Source of the DNA: Candidatus Woesearchaeota archaeon
GTDB lineage: Archaea > Nanobdellota > Nanobdellia > Woesearchaeales > ARS49
Direction: 5' to 3'
DNA length: 64,000 nt
Assembly: GCA_016203225.1 (NCBI GenBank)
Contig: JACQNC010000014.1
Coordinates: forward strand, 91,715 to 155,714
Below, in pieces: positions 10,111 to 20,048 of the stretch. The position numbers and the translations under genes are program-made. The notes beneath the pieces are model-generated. The model was not told the origin of the DNA. It did not search any database and saw only the letters and a list, made by a program, of their open reading frames with translations. Within the stretch, counting starts at the first letter, position 1; each line of letters opens with the position of its first letter.

Positions 10111-10302
10111 TTACGCTTTCGCGACTTTGACCGCTTTCGGACCCTTGTCCCCCTGCTCGATCTCAAAGGAGACCGCGTCGTTCTCTTTCAGCGTGACGCC
10201 CGGCGCAAGTCCGGTCAGGTGGACGAAATACTCCTTTCCATCCTCGCCCGCGATGAAGCCGAATCCCTTTGAAACGTTGAAAAACTTCACTTTTCCTTTC
10301 AT
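10111..10302 (-). CDS. cspA: Cold-shock domain protein
   Basis: MKGKVKFFN..KGFGFI, YFVH, GDKGPKA. Confidence 0.92.
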   Translation of the reverse strand: MKGKVKFFNVSKGFGFIAGEDGKEYFVHLTGLAPGVTLKENDAVSFEIEQGDKGPKAVKVAKA

Positions 10303-10431
10303 TCTGCTACCCCCTAAATAGTGGTTATTATCCTGAACAAGTGCGATGGTTTTTAAGCGTTTGCTTTTTAGGTCGCGCATATAGTCTCACCAAGCTAAAT
10401 CTTTAAATCGGTATCCGCGACGCAAAACCCG

Positions 10432-11010
10432 GTGGTCATGATGAAAACTCCAGATTCTGCGGTCAGTAGGGTGGAACCCATGCGGAACGAGGCAGCGTAC
10501 AAGATGCTCGAATCGCTGCGCAGACACGAGAAGGATGCCGTGCGCGAGTTCGGCAGGCAGGCCACGACGTTCCTCTCGCCCTTTGTCGAGAAGTACGGCG
10601 CGGCCATCAGAGTCTACACGTTCAACGTGGACAAGGTCGGTACGCCCGAGGAAGAATCACTCACGGCAACGCTCGAGATGCCAAAGACGTGGAACATCAA
10701 TTGTCGGCTCAATTGGGCGCCCGGGACCGGCGGCGGACAGGTCGCGTACGTCCGCAAAATCGCGGCAGATGGGAAAGAATTGGTACGCGTCGCAAGTCTC
10801 ATCACGCTGGTCGAGCGCATCAGTCAGAACCTCAGGTTGGAAACCGGCATCAACCATGACCACAACTTCAGCGTGGCGCCTGTCTCAATCGGCATCGCGG
10901 GATGGTACGCGAATGAAAGCCTGCCCCGCATCGCGGCGGCATTCAATGGACTGGACTGCCTGATGGACGTCTACCTGGCGAAAGAACCGGTCACCGCGTC
11001 GCCGGACTGA
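10432..11010 (+). CDS. Hypothetical protein
   Basis: 192-aa ORF downstream of a TTTAAA box. Confidence 0.55.
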   Translation: MVMMKTPDSAVSRVEPMRNEAAYKMLESLRRHEKDAVREFGRQATTFLSPFVEKYGAAIRVYTFNVDKVGTPEEESLTATLEMPKTWNINCRLNWAPGTGGGQVAYVRKIAADGKELVRVASLITLVERISQNLRLETGINHDHNFSVAPVSIGIAGWYANESLPRIAAAFNGLDCLMDVYLAKEPVTASPD

Positions 11011-12471
11011 CTAGCCCTTCACGTTCCCGATAGGCCTGAGCGCACATACGGGTTTCGAGATGCCGGCGATCTCCATCGTTCGAACGACCTCGGATATGTC
11101 CTTGTACGCGAAGCCTGCCTCTTCAGCAAGACCTGTGAACGTGGTCGTGCGCACGTAGATCCCTCTTTTCTCCATGTCCTTCTGCAACTGCTCACCGCGA
11201 ATGGCGTGCTTCGCCTGCGTGCGCGACATCGTGCGGCCGGAACCGTGCATCGTGCTGCCGAACGTCTCCTCCTCCGCCTTCTTCGTCCCCAACAGCAGGT
11301 AGCTGCCGGTCTCCATCGATCCACCGACTATGACTGGCTGGCCAAGATCGCGATAAAGCGGCGCCAATTCAGCACGCCCGGGACCGAAGCAGCGCGTCGC
11401 GCCCTTGCGATGCACCAAAACCTCCTTGTTCTTGCCGTTCAGTTTGTGCTTCTCGAGCTTCGCGATGTTGTGAGCGACGTCGTAGATCAATTCCATGCCC
11501 AATTCCTTCGGATCCTCCTTGAACACGTGCTTGAACGCCTCGCGGATCTGGTGCGTGATGACCTGCCTGTTCGCGAAAGCGCTATTCGCCGCGCACGCCA
11601 TCGCGTGGAAGTAGGCCTGGCCTTCTTTGGATCTGAACGGCGCGCACGCGAGCTCAGGATCCCGGACAGTGATGCCGTGCGACTTCATCGCAGGACCGAA
11701 CACGTTCAGGTAGTCTGTCGCGATCTGGTGGCCGAAGCCGCGAGAACCGCAGTGCACCATCACGACGACCTGGCCCTCCTCGAGCCCGAACCTCTTCGCG
11801 GCTTTCGCGTCGAAAAGCTCGCCCTTCCGGATGGTCTGGACCTCAAGATAATGATTGCCCGAGCCGAGCGTGCCGAGCTGGTTTATCCCGCGACCCAATG
11901 CCTTCTGGGAAACCTTCGCGGGATCCGCATGGTCGATCGCGCCGAAATCCTCGATGCGTCCGATGTCGCTCTCCCAACCGTAGCCCTGCTCGACGCACCA
12001 CTTCGCGCCACCTTGCATCGCATCCTTCATCTGCGAAGGGTTCATCCGGACAAAGCCCCTGCCTCCGACGCCGGCAGGCACCATCTTGAACAACGTGTCG
12101 ACGAGCTGCTTGATCTTCGGCTGCACGTCCTTCAACTTCAGGTTCGTCTTGATCAAGCGCATGCCGCAATTGATGTCGAACCCGATCCCGCCAGGAGATA
12201 TCACTCCCTTGTCAGGATCGAACGCGGCGACACCGCCTATAGGAAATCCGTAGCCTGAATGCCCGTCTGCCATGCAGTACGCGTGCTTCTGGATGCCGGG
12301 CAGGCACGCGACGTTCGTCAACTGGTCTACGACAGTGTCGTCCATGTCCTTCATGATCGACGGCGTGCCGTAGATACGCGCCGGCACTTGCATGTCGTGC
12401 TTGAACGTCTTCGGAAGTTCCCAGACGACATCGTCGACCTTAGAGAACTGTCTCAACAGCTCGGGATTCAT
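11011..12471 (-). CDS. rtcB: RNA-splicing/repair ligase RtcB
   Basis: D.H.GYGFPIG, GFDINCG, GTLGSGNHYLE, HCGSRG, HRKGAT, HGSGR. Confidence 0.97.
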   Translation of the reverse strand: MNPELLRQFSKVDDVVWELPKTFKHDMQVPARIYGTPSIMKDMDDTVVDQLTNVACLPGIQKHAYCMADGHSGYGFPIGGVAAFDPDKGVISPGGIGFDINCGMRLIKTNLKLKDVQPKIKQLVDTLFKMVPAGVGGRGFVRMNPSQMKDAMQGGAKWCVEQGYGWESDIGRIEDFGAIDHADPAKVSQKALGRGINQLGTLGSGNHYLEVQTIRKGELFDAKAAKRFGLEEGQVVVMVHCGSRGFGHQIATDYLNVFGPAMKSHGITVRDPELACAPFRSKEGQAYFHAMACAANSAFANRQVITHQIREAFKHVFKEDPKELGMELIYDVAHNIAKLEKHKLNGKNKEVLVHRKGATRCFGPGRAELAPLYRDLGQPVIVGGSMETGSYLLLGTKKAEEETFGSTMHGSGRTMSRTQAKHAIRGEQLQKDMEKRGIYVRTTTFTGLAEEAGFAYKDISEVVRTMEIAGISKPVCALRPIGNVKG

Positions 12472-12896
12472 ACATCCACCACGACGCGAGCTGTCCAGCC
12501 TTTCTTGTCCTGCGTTACCGAGAACTGGTGCAGCGTGATCGCTTTCACGTCGGTGCCGAGCTTCATCTTCTTGTTTATCGTGTCGCCTTTCAGGTGCGCG
12601 TGCAACTGCCAGCCCTTGTTCTTCGCGACAGAGACCTTGAACTCGCTGAACAGCATCTGTTCCGCGTCCTTGACGTACACGAGTTCTGATAAGAATTCGT
12701 ACAGCAACGTCTCGACCGAGTCCTTCTCGAGCGTTATCGTTGTCGTCTCCTTCGGCTTCACGGTCTTCACGTCCACCATCGCGCTCTCGACCGCCAACGC
12801 CGCGTGCTCGAACAACTCACTCAAATCCTTGCCGACTGCCTCGAACGCGAGGTCCGCCATGGCGATGCCTTCGAGAACGCGGAAACCTTTTTTCAT
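12468..12896 (-). CDS. Archease
   Basis: ADLAFEAVG, VKAITLH, terminal VVDV; ATGA-coupled to rtcB. Confidence 0.9.
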   Translation of the reverse strand: MKKGFRVLEGIAMADLAFEAVGKDLSELFEHAALAVESAMVDVKTVKPKETTTITLEKDSVETLLYEFLSELVYVKDAEQMLFSEFKVSVAKNKGWQLHAHLKGDTINKKMKLGTDVKAITLHQFSVTQDKKGWTARVVVDV

Positions 12897-12949
12897 GACG
12901 TCCATTACCGAGAGCTGCCTTTTAAACGTTGCCTTGTGAACATGCACGC

Positions 12950-13043
12950 GTCCCAGAAATTACTCCCCCGGCAGGTTTGAACGGGCTTTACGGTATCGCT
13001 TCGAAAGCCATAACACCACTAACCTGCTTGGGTACGAGCAACG
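12950..13043 (+). repeat. Dispersed palindromic intergenic repeat, copy 2
   Basis: CCCCCGGCAGGTTTGA...ATAACACCACTAACCTGCTTGGG. Confidence 0.85.
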
Positions 13044-13067
13044 TAGGCATGCAAAAGTGAAGAACTT

Positions 13068-14549
13068 CTACTTCCAGTCCTCAAGCAACCTGACAAGCAG
13101 CCTGACGCCCGCTCCTGTCCCGCCGGAGACGTTCAAGGGACCGTCCTTCTCTATCCACGCCGGCCCTGCGATGTCAAGATGGCACCAGGGAGTCTTGTCG
13201 ACGAACGCCTTCAGGAACGCGGCGCCTGTCTCTGCGCCTGCGCCGCCGGACTTGCCCGAGATGTTCTTCAGGTCGGCGAAATCGCTCTTCATCATGTCGG
13301 AATACTCGTCATAGAGCGGCAACTGCCACGCCCTGTCATCCGTGTGGCCGGCAGCATCCAGGACCGTGCTGATGAGCTTCTGGTCCGTGCCCATCACGCC
13401 AGACGCGACGTTGCCCAACGCGACCACGCAAGCGCCAGTGAGCGTCGCGAGGTCGATTATCGCGGACGGCTTGAACGTTTCAGCATACGACAACGCGTCG
13501 GCGAGCACGATCCTGCCCTCGGCATCCGTGTTCAGCACCTCTATCGTCTTGCCATTGTATGCCTTGATGATGTCGCCCGGCTTGTACGCGTCTCCGCCAG
13601 GCAGGTTCTCGGTGACCGAGAGGAATCCGAGCACGTGAACGGGCAGCTTCAGCTCTGCAGCGGACTTTATCGCAGCGAACACGGCGGCAGCGCCAGCCAT
13701 GTCAGACTTCATGTCTTCCATGTAGTCAGCCGGCTTCAAAGACAGCCCGCCTGAATCGAACGTGACGCCCTTGCCGACGAGCGCGAGCGGAGCGCCCTTC
13801 GCGCCCTCATAGTCGAGCACGAGCAGACGCGGCTCGCGCACGCTGCCCTTGTTGACCGCGAGGATGCCACCCATGCCCATCTTCTCAAGATCCTTCTTGC
13901 CATACGCGGTGAGCTTCACAGGCAGGTCCTTGAGCGCGTTGCGCACGGCCTCCTCCATCTTCTCGGGATACAGCGAGCTCGCGGGCTCATTCACGAGATC
14001 GCGCGTCAATCGCACATTCGTCGCGATGACGCTGCCCCTGCGCGAACCTTCCTCGACATCAGCCTTGTCGGCGTCGACCAGTAATTCCATGTTATCAAGG
14101 AATTTCTGCTTGTCCTTATCGACAGTCTTGTACTTGGTGAACTGGTACAATCCAAGAAGCGCGCCTTCGGCTACGGCCTGGGCTTTCGCCTTGACGGATC
14201 CTTCTACCGCGGCAGAGAGCAATGCAGTCCCTGCTTTCTTCGCGCCCAGGTCCCTGCAGATGCGCGCTGTAGAGCCAGCGGCCTTCCGCAACAGGTGCAG
14301 ATTCGGCTCCTTGCCCAAACCTACGAGGATGACGTACGGCGTAGGCAGCTTGCCAAGCGTCGTGATGGTGCGCACCTTGAGAGGTTCTCCTGTGAATTGC
14401 TTGCGCTCGACCAGGCGCGAGATCGCGCCACCCAGAATCTTGTCAAGCGCCTGCAATTGACCAGTTAACTGGCCTTCGGGCATGCCGACCACGAGCGCGT
14501 CGCCGGCGTACTGTGCGATGCTTTCCTGCGAGATGGAGAGTTTTGTCAT
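13068..14549 (-). CDS. pepA: Leucyl aminopeptidase (M17)
   Basis: VGKGVTFDSGG, MKSDMAG, NTDAEGR, ATLTGA, HLDIAG. Confidence 0.97.
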   Translation of the reverse strand: MTKLSISQESIAQYAGDALVVGMPEGQLTGQLQALDKILGGAISRLVERKQFTGEPLKVRTITTLGKLPTPYVILVGLGKEPNLHLLRKAAGSTARICRDLGAKKAGTALLSAAVEGSVKAKAQAVAEGALLGLYQFTKYKTVDKDKQKFLDNMELLVDADKADVEEGSRRGSVIATNVRLTRDLVNEPASSLYPEKMEEAVRNALKDLPVKLTAYGKKDLEKMGMGGILAVNKGSVREPRLLVLDYEGAKGAPLALVGKGVTFDSGGLSLKPADYMEDMKSDMAGAAAVFAAIKSAAELKLPVHVLGFLSVTENLPGGDAYKPGDIIKAYNGKTIEVLNTDAEGRIVLADALSYAETFKPSAIIDLATLTGACVVALGNVASGVMGTDQKLISTVLDAAGHTDDRAWQLPLYDEYSDMMKSDFADLKNISGKSGGAGAETGAAFLKAFVDKTPWCHLDIAGPAWIEKDGPLNVSGGTGAGVRLLVRLLEDWK

Positions 14550-14634
14550 GCCTTCGCTGGCCTTGTCGAGTTATATAAGGTTTTTCTTTGCCAGCGCCAT
14601 AAACTTTATAAACGGCCATCTTCGAAAAAGAGAC

Positions 14635-15654
14635 ATGGGGTTCAAGCAATTCCTTCCTGTGATCGCCTTGCTCATATTGGCAGCGCCTGCGCTCGCCGAC
14701 GCGAGACTCCCGGAAGCAGGTATCGTGCCGGGCTCATTCCTATACAGCATCGACCTTTCGCTCGAGAACATCAAGCTCTTCCTAACTTTCGACCGCGCAG
14801 AACGCATCCGTGTCGGGCTGCAATTCGCGGCAGAACGCATCTCTGAACTGCAGCTCACTCTCATCGAGGATTCGCCCGAACGCGCCGAAGCAGCGCTCGA
14901 GGAACGCAAGGCCCTCCTCGACAAGGTCGCGGTCCAGTTCAAGAAACACCACGGCGATGACGAAGCGGCGTTCGTGGCGGAGATCCAACAGACGCTCGAC
15001 GCGCACGACGCGCTCATCAAGGACGCATACGATGGCGCAGACGCGGGCGAGATCGACTTCTACGACAAAGCCACTGATCAGAACAAGGCATTCAAGGCGG
15101 TAATCGAGGAACGCGCAAAAGACCTGGATATCGAATTGGCAGAGGCCGTTGAGGAGGCGCCTGTCGTATCGGAAGAGACGGTGCCTGCGATCACCGGCGC
15201 GGTCGTCTCTGAGCCTGAACTGCCGAAGGACATCGCGATACACGCGGCAGTGAGCGACGAAGAAACGGACATCGTCGTCACGGGCGATATCGAGCGCAAG
15301 TTCACGCTAGACGTCACCGAACTCGAAGACCTCGTCACAGAGATCGCGAAGCTCCTGGACGTCTCTGAAGACAACGTCAGGGACGCGATGATTGTCGAGG
15401 TCGCGGCGGCCAAACCGAGGATAACCGTCATGATCGAGGGCGACGAAGTCGCGCGCATCACCGTCATAAACAACGGAATCGAGAAGAAGATCGTGCTCGC
15501 CATAACCGATCCCCAGGCAATCGCGGTCGAGGTCGCGCGCCGCACCGGGCTGGACGTGGAGCTCGTGCGAGACGTCATGACGATCACGAAGGATTACAAC
15601 GAAGGGTATTACCTGAACGTCACCATCCCCGCGAACGAGACTAATTCTTCGTGA
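14635..15654 (+). CDS. Secreted acidic protein with DUF5667-like N-terminal domain
   Basis: Signal peptide (..APALA), AGIVPGSFLY.ID...E, AAERISE. Confidence 0.7.
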   Translation: MGFKQFLPVIALLILAAPALADARLPEAGIVPGSFLYSIDLSLENIKLFLTFDRAERIRVGLQFAAERISELQLTLIEDSPERAEAALEERKALLDKVAVQFKKHHGDDEAAFVAEIQQTLDAHDALIKDAYDGADAGEIDFYDKATDQNKAFKAVIEERAKDLDIELAEAVEEAPVVSEETVPAITGAVVSEPELPKDIAIHAAVSDEETDIVVTGDIERKFTLDVTELEDLVTEIAKLLDVSEDNVRDAMIVEVAAAKPRITVMIEGDEVARITVINNGIEKKIVLAITDPQAIAVEVARRTGLDVELVRDVMTITKDYNEGYYLNVTIPANETNSS

Positions 15655-15687
15655 GCAACAGCGCATTCTACGTTAACCCTGTTCCCC

Positions 15688-15798
15688 GCTTTTCTCCCCA
15701 GGCAGATTGGTAGTCGCTTCATTGCTATCGATTCTATGCCAGTAAAGCGTCAAACCTGCTTGGGACGAGCACACTTCAGTTCATCACGCATGGGGCGA
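15688..15798 (-). repeat. Dispersed palindromic intergenic repeat, copy 3 (inverted relative to the others)
   Basis: Reverse complement reads CCCAAGCAGGTTTGACG...GAATCGATAGCAATGAAGCGACTACCAATCTGCCTGGGG; outer module TCATCACGCATGGGG follows on +. Confidence 0.85.
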
Positions 15799-15848
15799 CA
15801 GAGTCCTGCATCATAACGTTTTTAAAGCATCCGAAGGGAAGCATTGAC

Positions 15849-16556
15849 ATGAAATACGAGGGAACTGTCGTCCAAGTGCGGCAAGAGACGCCGCGCGTCA
15901 AGACCATCCGCGTGAGTTGGCCGGGCATCGAAGCGTTGCAGTTCGTGCCCGGACAGTTCTTCATGCTCAGCATCCCGGGATTCGTCAACCAAGCAGGCGT
16001 GCAGGTGAGGCGAGCGTACAGCATCGCGAGCGCACCGTTGGACAAGGGCTTTGTCGAATTCACCATCACTTCAAAGACCCCGACAGGACTATCAGCCAGA
16101 GCGCACGAGCTAAAGGTCGGAGACGCCCTGTCGCTCGATGGGCCTGCGGGCCATTTCGGGCTCAAACGACCGGTAAAGGACATCGCGTTCATCGCCGGCG
16201 GTTCAGGAGTCTCGAGCCTCCGTGCCATGTACCGACAGCTTCTGCTCGAAGGTCACCCGGGCCCGATCACGCTCCTGTTCGGCTTCCACGCACCAGAGGA
16301 CTTCATATTCAAGGACGAACTAGCGGAACTCCAACGAAGGCATCCGAACTTCAAAGTCATACCGACAATCACCACAGACGACCCTGCATGGACCGGAAAA
16401 CGCGGTCGTGTCACAGAACTCATCCCTCAGCTCTTCGCGGATACGAAGGACAGTGACTTCTATCTATGCGGTCCTCCTGCGATGGTGGAGGACACTATCA
16501 AGACACTCGCCGGCATCGGCGTGGCCCGCCACCGGATATTCCGTGAGGTATGGTAG
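15849..16556 (+). CDS. Ferredoxin-NADP reductase-like FAD/NAD-binding oxidoreductase
   Basis: PGQF, RAYSIAS, GPAG.F, IAGGSG, YLCGPP.MV. Confidence 0.9.
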   Translation: MKYEGTVVQVRQETPRVKTIRVSWPGIEALQFVPGQFFMLSIPGFVNQAGVQVRRAYSIASAPLDKGFVEFTITSKTPTGLSARAHELKVGDALSLDGPAGHFGLKRPVKDIAFIAGGSGVSSLRAMYRQLLLEGHPGPITLLFGFHAPEDFIFKDELAELQRRHPNFKVIPTITTDDPAWTGKRGRVTELIPQLFADTKDSDFYLCGPPAMVEDTIKTLAGIGVARHRIFREVW

Positions 16557-16891
16557 TCGTCATCGCGGTAACGGACCTGTACTTCCAGGCCAAGATCATA
16601 GAGGTCGCACAGCAAGCCCGTGGTGACATCGTGCTCGCGAGCACGCAGGACGCCGTCCTCGAACAGACCCGCGAACTTGAACCCAGTCATGTCATAATCG
16701 ACCTGGACGAGAAAGCGTTCGATGCCATTGACACCATCAAGCAACTGAAGGAACAGAACGCGAGCGTCCACATCGTAGGGTTCGTAAGCCACGTCCAACG
16801 CGACCTGCAGGCCCGGGCGAAACTCGCGGGTTGTGATGATATCCTGGCGCGAAGCGCGTTCTTCACGAACCTGGCTGGATTGCTCCAGTAG
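16550..16891 (+). CDS. Stand-alone receiver (REC)-like domain protein
   Basis: VIIDL, IVGFVSH, AKLAGCDDIL alpha/beta pattern; the canonical Lys appears replaced by Arg. Confidence 0.65.
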   Translation: MVVVIAVTDLYFQAKIIEVAQQARGDIVLASTQDAVLEQTRELEPSHVIIDLDEKAFDAIDTIKQLKEQNASVHIVGFVSHVQRDLQARAKLAGCDDILARSAFFTNLAGLLQ

Positions 16892-17294
16892 ACTCCTGCT
16901 CGATAGGCGAGTCCTTAGCGGTCCTGAAATATTCCCTCGCGATAGTGCCGAGGTCCATTAGAAGCTTCTGTGTGTCCGGAGGGATCTGCTGGACGCTCTC
17001 CCACTGGTGGTGATTCGATAACTCGACACCATCGAACGCCAGATTCCCCCCGTCTGTGTTACGGTAACACTTGAAGTTCAGCTCATAATTCCCGCGTTCG
17101 AGCCTGCCCGTGACTTCTACATCGACCGTGACCGCTTGGGTCCCCTCGAAGTTCACTTCTTGATCGCGTCCCGTGTGGAGAGAGAGCGTCCTGCACTGCG
17201 CTTCACGTTTCAGATACACGAAGAAATCAGTCAGCGCTTTCCAGCGCATCTGATGCGGGAAAGGGATGACTGTTAACTCCTCAAGATCCCCCAT
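16863..17294 (-). CDS. Hypothetical protein, paralogue of 28181..28639
   Basis: Shared FP..R...L..FFVYL and A.EYF motifs. Confidence 0.6.
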   Translation of the reverse strand: MGDLEELTVIPFPHQMRWKALTDFFVYLKREAQCRTLSLHTGRDQEVNFEGTQAVTVDVEVTGRLERGNYELNFKCYRNTDGGNLAFDGVELSNHHQWESVQQIPPDTQKLLMDLGTIAREYFRTAKDSPIEQESTGAIQPGS

Positions 17295-17335
17295 GACACC
17301 ATTAAGCCGTAGGGGTTTTATATCGTTTGCTATTC

Positions 17336-18532
17336 TTAAGACGAGGCTTTCGGCCGCATACGGCCCAACATCACACGCGTGGGCTCGTCCATGCGTTCGT
17401 GCTCGAGCTTCCTGCACACGAGAGCCTCGTGCGCGAACACGAACACGTGCAACGTCTTGTCGCCCCTGAGCCTCGACTCGTACTTCCGTCGCTCGGTCCA
17501 GTACTTGTCCGGCGCGAGCTTCTGGCGCAGGACGACCTTGCCCGCGTTCTCCCACATGAGGACCGCGAGGATGTCCTCGAACTTGTTCTCGACCGCGTCC
17601 ACGAGTTCGTAACGCGCCTTGAGATGCGTGCTCGTCAGGAGCGTGTTGCTCGTCAGCAGCGTGTCGCGTTCATCGCTATAAAGGAAGGTGTGCTCGTCGC
17701 CGAGCTTCCAACTCAGGCCCGCTTTCGCGACCGCGGGATCGACCTCGAACATGTACTTCAGCGCCCCGGAGTTCCGCAATGGCCTCTCAGAACCATCACT
17801 CGTGAGTTCATGATGGCCCGGCAGGAGCACCGCGCTGCGTTCGTGGCGTTTTAGGTCTCCAAGATAGACCGTTAGGCGGTTCAGCGAATGGTCGACCGAT
17901 ATGAATTCCTTCTCGCAATCGAGGTCGACCTTCTGGATCTGCGGCGGCAACTCGATCGCGATGCTTGGCGTAAGCTTCCGCGAGGCATCGATCAACTGCC
18001 TGAGCGGCGGTCTGAAGCTCGTGTCGAAGCTCCGCACCTTCTCCTCGGGCGCGCGTTCAGGGTCAACGAACACGATGTCTGCCCCGACAAGGTTCTGCAA
18101 GGCCTTGAGTCCGTCCGCATGGATGAATTCGATGTTGTTCGCGTCCACCTTCTTGGCGTTCTCGAGCGCGTACCTGATCTTGCGCTTATCTATATCGATC
18201 GCGATGACCCTTTTGCAGGTGCGCGCGAACGCGATGGTCTGGATGCCCACCCCGCAACCGACATCGACCAAAGTGTCGCACGCCAGCCGTTTGGCACGGT
18301 ACTGGGCTACAAGCTCGTTGGTCGCGAACCTGAGGTCGTCCTCAGTCAGGTAGTAGTCCTCCGAGGTCTTGGTGGTGGTGAGGCGCGTCTTCGCCACCGA
18401 GCACAGCTCATCAAAGTCATGGAGGTTAAGCTGCTTCGCTATCTGTTCCTTGCTCTTTCCCCGTTTTATGAGCTCCATGATGGTCTTGACATGTACGTCG
18501 ACCATCTGAGGCGTATATGTATCGAAGATCAC
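17336..18532 (-). CDS. SAM-dependent (RNA) methyltransferase, TGS1/THUMP-like
   Basis: VDVGCGVG, IDID, FVDPER, FEVDPAVAKAGL. Confidence 0.8.
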   Translation of the reverse strand: MIFDTYTPQMVDVHVKTIMELIKRGKSKEQIAKQLNLHDFDELCSVAKTRLTTTKTSEDYYLTEDDLRFATNELVAQYRAKRLACDTLVDVGCGVGIQTIAFARTCKRVIAIDIDKRKIRYALENAKKVDANNIEFIHADGLKALQNLVGADIVFVDPERAPEEKVRSFDTSFRPPLRQLIDASRKLTPSIAIELPPQIQKVDLDCEKEFISVDHSLNRLTVYLGDLKRHERSAVLLPGHHELTSDGSERPLRNSGALKYMFEVDPAVAKAGLSWKLGDEHTFLYSDERDTLLTSNTLLTSTHLKARYELVDAVENKFEDILAVLMWENAGKVVLRQKLAPDKYWTERRKYESRLRGDKTLHVFVFAHEALVCRKLEHERMDEPTRVMLGRMRPKASS

Positions 18533-18652
18533 GGCGCACCCTTTTTCCCTACTTCAGAAGGCATACATTTATAAACCCTCCTTCTCCTATATGAGTATAC
18601 TCGTTCTCGCGAGAGAATCGGTAGAATAGTAAACAATTCCGGAGAGACCCGT

Positions 18653-18805
18653 ATGCAATTCAATGCAGGCGGCTTCGGCGGACCGCGTCAAATGTTCGAC
18701 GCGACCTGCTCGGAGTGCCAGAAAACGTGTCAGGTTCCGTTCAAGCCCAAGGCCGAACGACCTGTCTACTGCAGCGACTGCTTCAAGAAGCACAAGCCGC
18801 AGTAA
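18653..18805 (+). CDS. CxxC-x17-CxxC domain small zinc protein (absent from ORF track)
   Basis: MQFNAGGFGGPRQMFDATCSECQKTCQVPFKPKAERPVYCSDCFKKHKPQ*, 50 aa. Confidence 0.9.
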   Translation: MQFNAGGFGGPRQMFDATCSECQKTCQVPFKPKAERPVYCSDCFKKHKPQ

Positions 18806-18808
18806 TCC

Positions 18809-18870
18809 GCTGATCACCTGATTAGCAAGCGAATCCCTTTTCTTTTTGTCCTTTTTTTCATTCTTTAGTG
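18809..18870 (+). terminator. Hairpin plus T-rich tract after the CxxC-x17-CxxC gene
   Basis: GCTGATCA-CC-TGATTAGC followed by oligo-T runs. Confidence 0.5.
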
Positions 18871-18888
18871 GTTTTCATTCTTTAGTGG
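18855..18888. repeat. 17-bp perfect tandem duplication
   Basis: TTTTCATTCTTTAGTGG x2. Confidence 0.9.
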
Positions 18889-18932
18889 TAACCGTCAGAA
18901 CCTTTATAAAGGGGGTTCTGGTCCCTGCCTTC

Positions 18933-19316
18933 ATGGCAGTAAGTGAAGCGGAATTCCTGGGCGAGTTCGACGAAGCAGTACGCACCCGCGGTCTCGAACG
19001 CATCCCTATCCATACCTACCTGGCATTCCTGCGAACGAAGGAGCTCAGAGATACAGGCACGCGGACAGAATCCTGGCGAAAGGCACGATCGCTATATCAA
19101 GCGATCCGCGGGCTTTATCATCCAGAGACCGTCTGCGACGCCATGGACCTTCTTAGGCGGAGCGTCATCCCCGTATCGCTCGTAGAATCGTGGGCAAAAG
19201 ACGGGAAACTCGTGACGCCTCTCGAATACGATGCAGCATTACAGGGTTATCCTTCACTACGGGAACCGCTCGATATCGCCATACAGTCAGAACTCGAGAA
19301 CGCATTGACCGTCTAG
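18933..19316 (+). CDS. Hypothetical protein
   Basis: ATG about 25 nt after a TTTATAAA box. Confidence 0.6.
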   Translation: MAVSEAEFLGEFDEAVRTRGLERIPIHTYLAFLRTKELRDTGTRTESWRKARSLYQAIRGLYHPETVCDAMDLLRRSVIPVSLVESWAKDGKLVTPLEYDAALQGYPSLREPLDIAIQSELENALTV

Positions 19317-19648
19317 CCTATCACAACTGGCCTGTACAGGACCTTCTTGCCGTGGTCATTCCGCACGACTATCCTCGCGAGATAGACGTCGTCAGCATAC
19401 CAGGGAAGCTCTCCTTCCAAGGTGGTCGCGAAATCGTCATCGTCCTCGAACGGACCCTGCCGAAGCCTTAACCCGAGTTCGGGGATGAACAGCGTGACCG
19501 TGAGGTCCTCCTGGTCGTTCGCATCGACCGATACGTGCGCATACATCGTGCGATCCGCGACATCGACGCTCGCGCGGTCGATCCCGGCGAATGCGGCCAC
19601 AAGCGTGCTGGCAAGCAAAAACCCAAGAACCCAAACAAATCCTTTCAT
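19313..19648 (-). CDS. Small secreted protein
   Basis: Signal peptide, then beta-rich acidic domain. Confidence 0.6.
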   Translation of the reverse strand: MKGFVWVLGFLLASTLVAAFAGIDRASVDVADRTMYAHVSVDANDQEDLTVTLFIPELGLRLRQGPFEDDDDFATTLEGELPWYADDVYLARIVVRNDHGKKVLYRPVVIG

Positions 19649-19750
19649 GCCCTTGGGCGCGTGTCCCTGCTATTAAACGATTGTTGTCATGCATCAAATA
19701 GGTCGTATCCTTTATAAACGGTCATCCAGGACCTCGATTCGGTGAGTGAC

Positions 19751-20038
19751 ATGAAGACGATCCAAGTGGTGGGCGAGACCATCTCGCTCGAAGGCACGTT
19801 CTTGGTGGACGTAGACGCGTCCCAGACGGATGCGATACAACGGACGCTTTCCGCTGCCTTGACGCCCCGCCTCGAGTCGCGGGCCCGGGAACTGGCAGCC
19901 AAACGTGAACGCCCTTATGTCGCGATGGAAGACCCGGACGTAACATTCGACGCCTACGACTTCCCGCATAAGACCGAAGTGGTCTGGGTGGCGACAGCGG
20001 TCGTGTTGATGAAAAAGGATTATATACATCGCCCGTGA
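19751..20038 (+). CDS. Hypothetical protein
   Basis: TTTATAAA box and GGTGA RBS upstream. Confidence 0.55.
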   Translation: MKTIQVVGETISLEGTFLVDVDASQTDAIQRTLSAALTPRLESRARELAAKRERPYVAMEDPDVTFDAYDFPHKTEVVWVATAVVLMKKDYIHRP

Positions 20039-20048
20039 CTGTTTCCGC

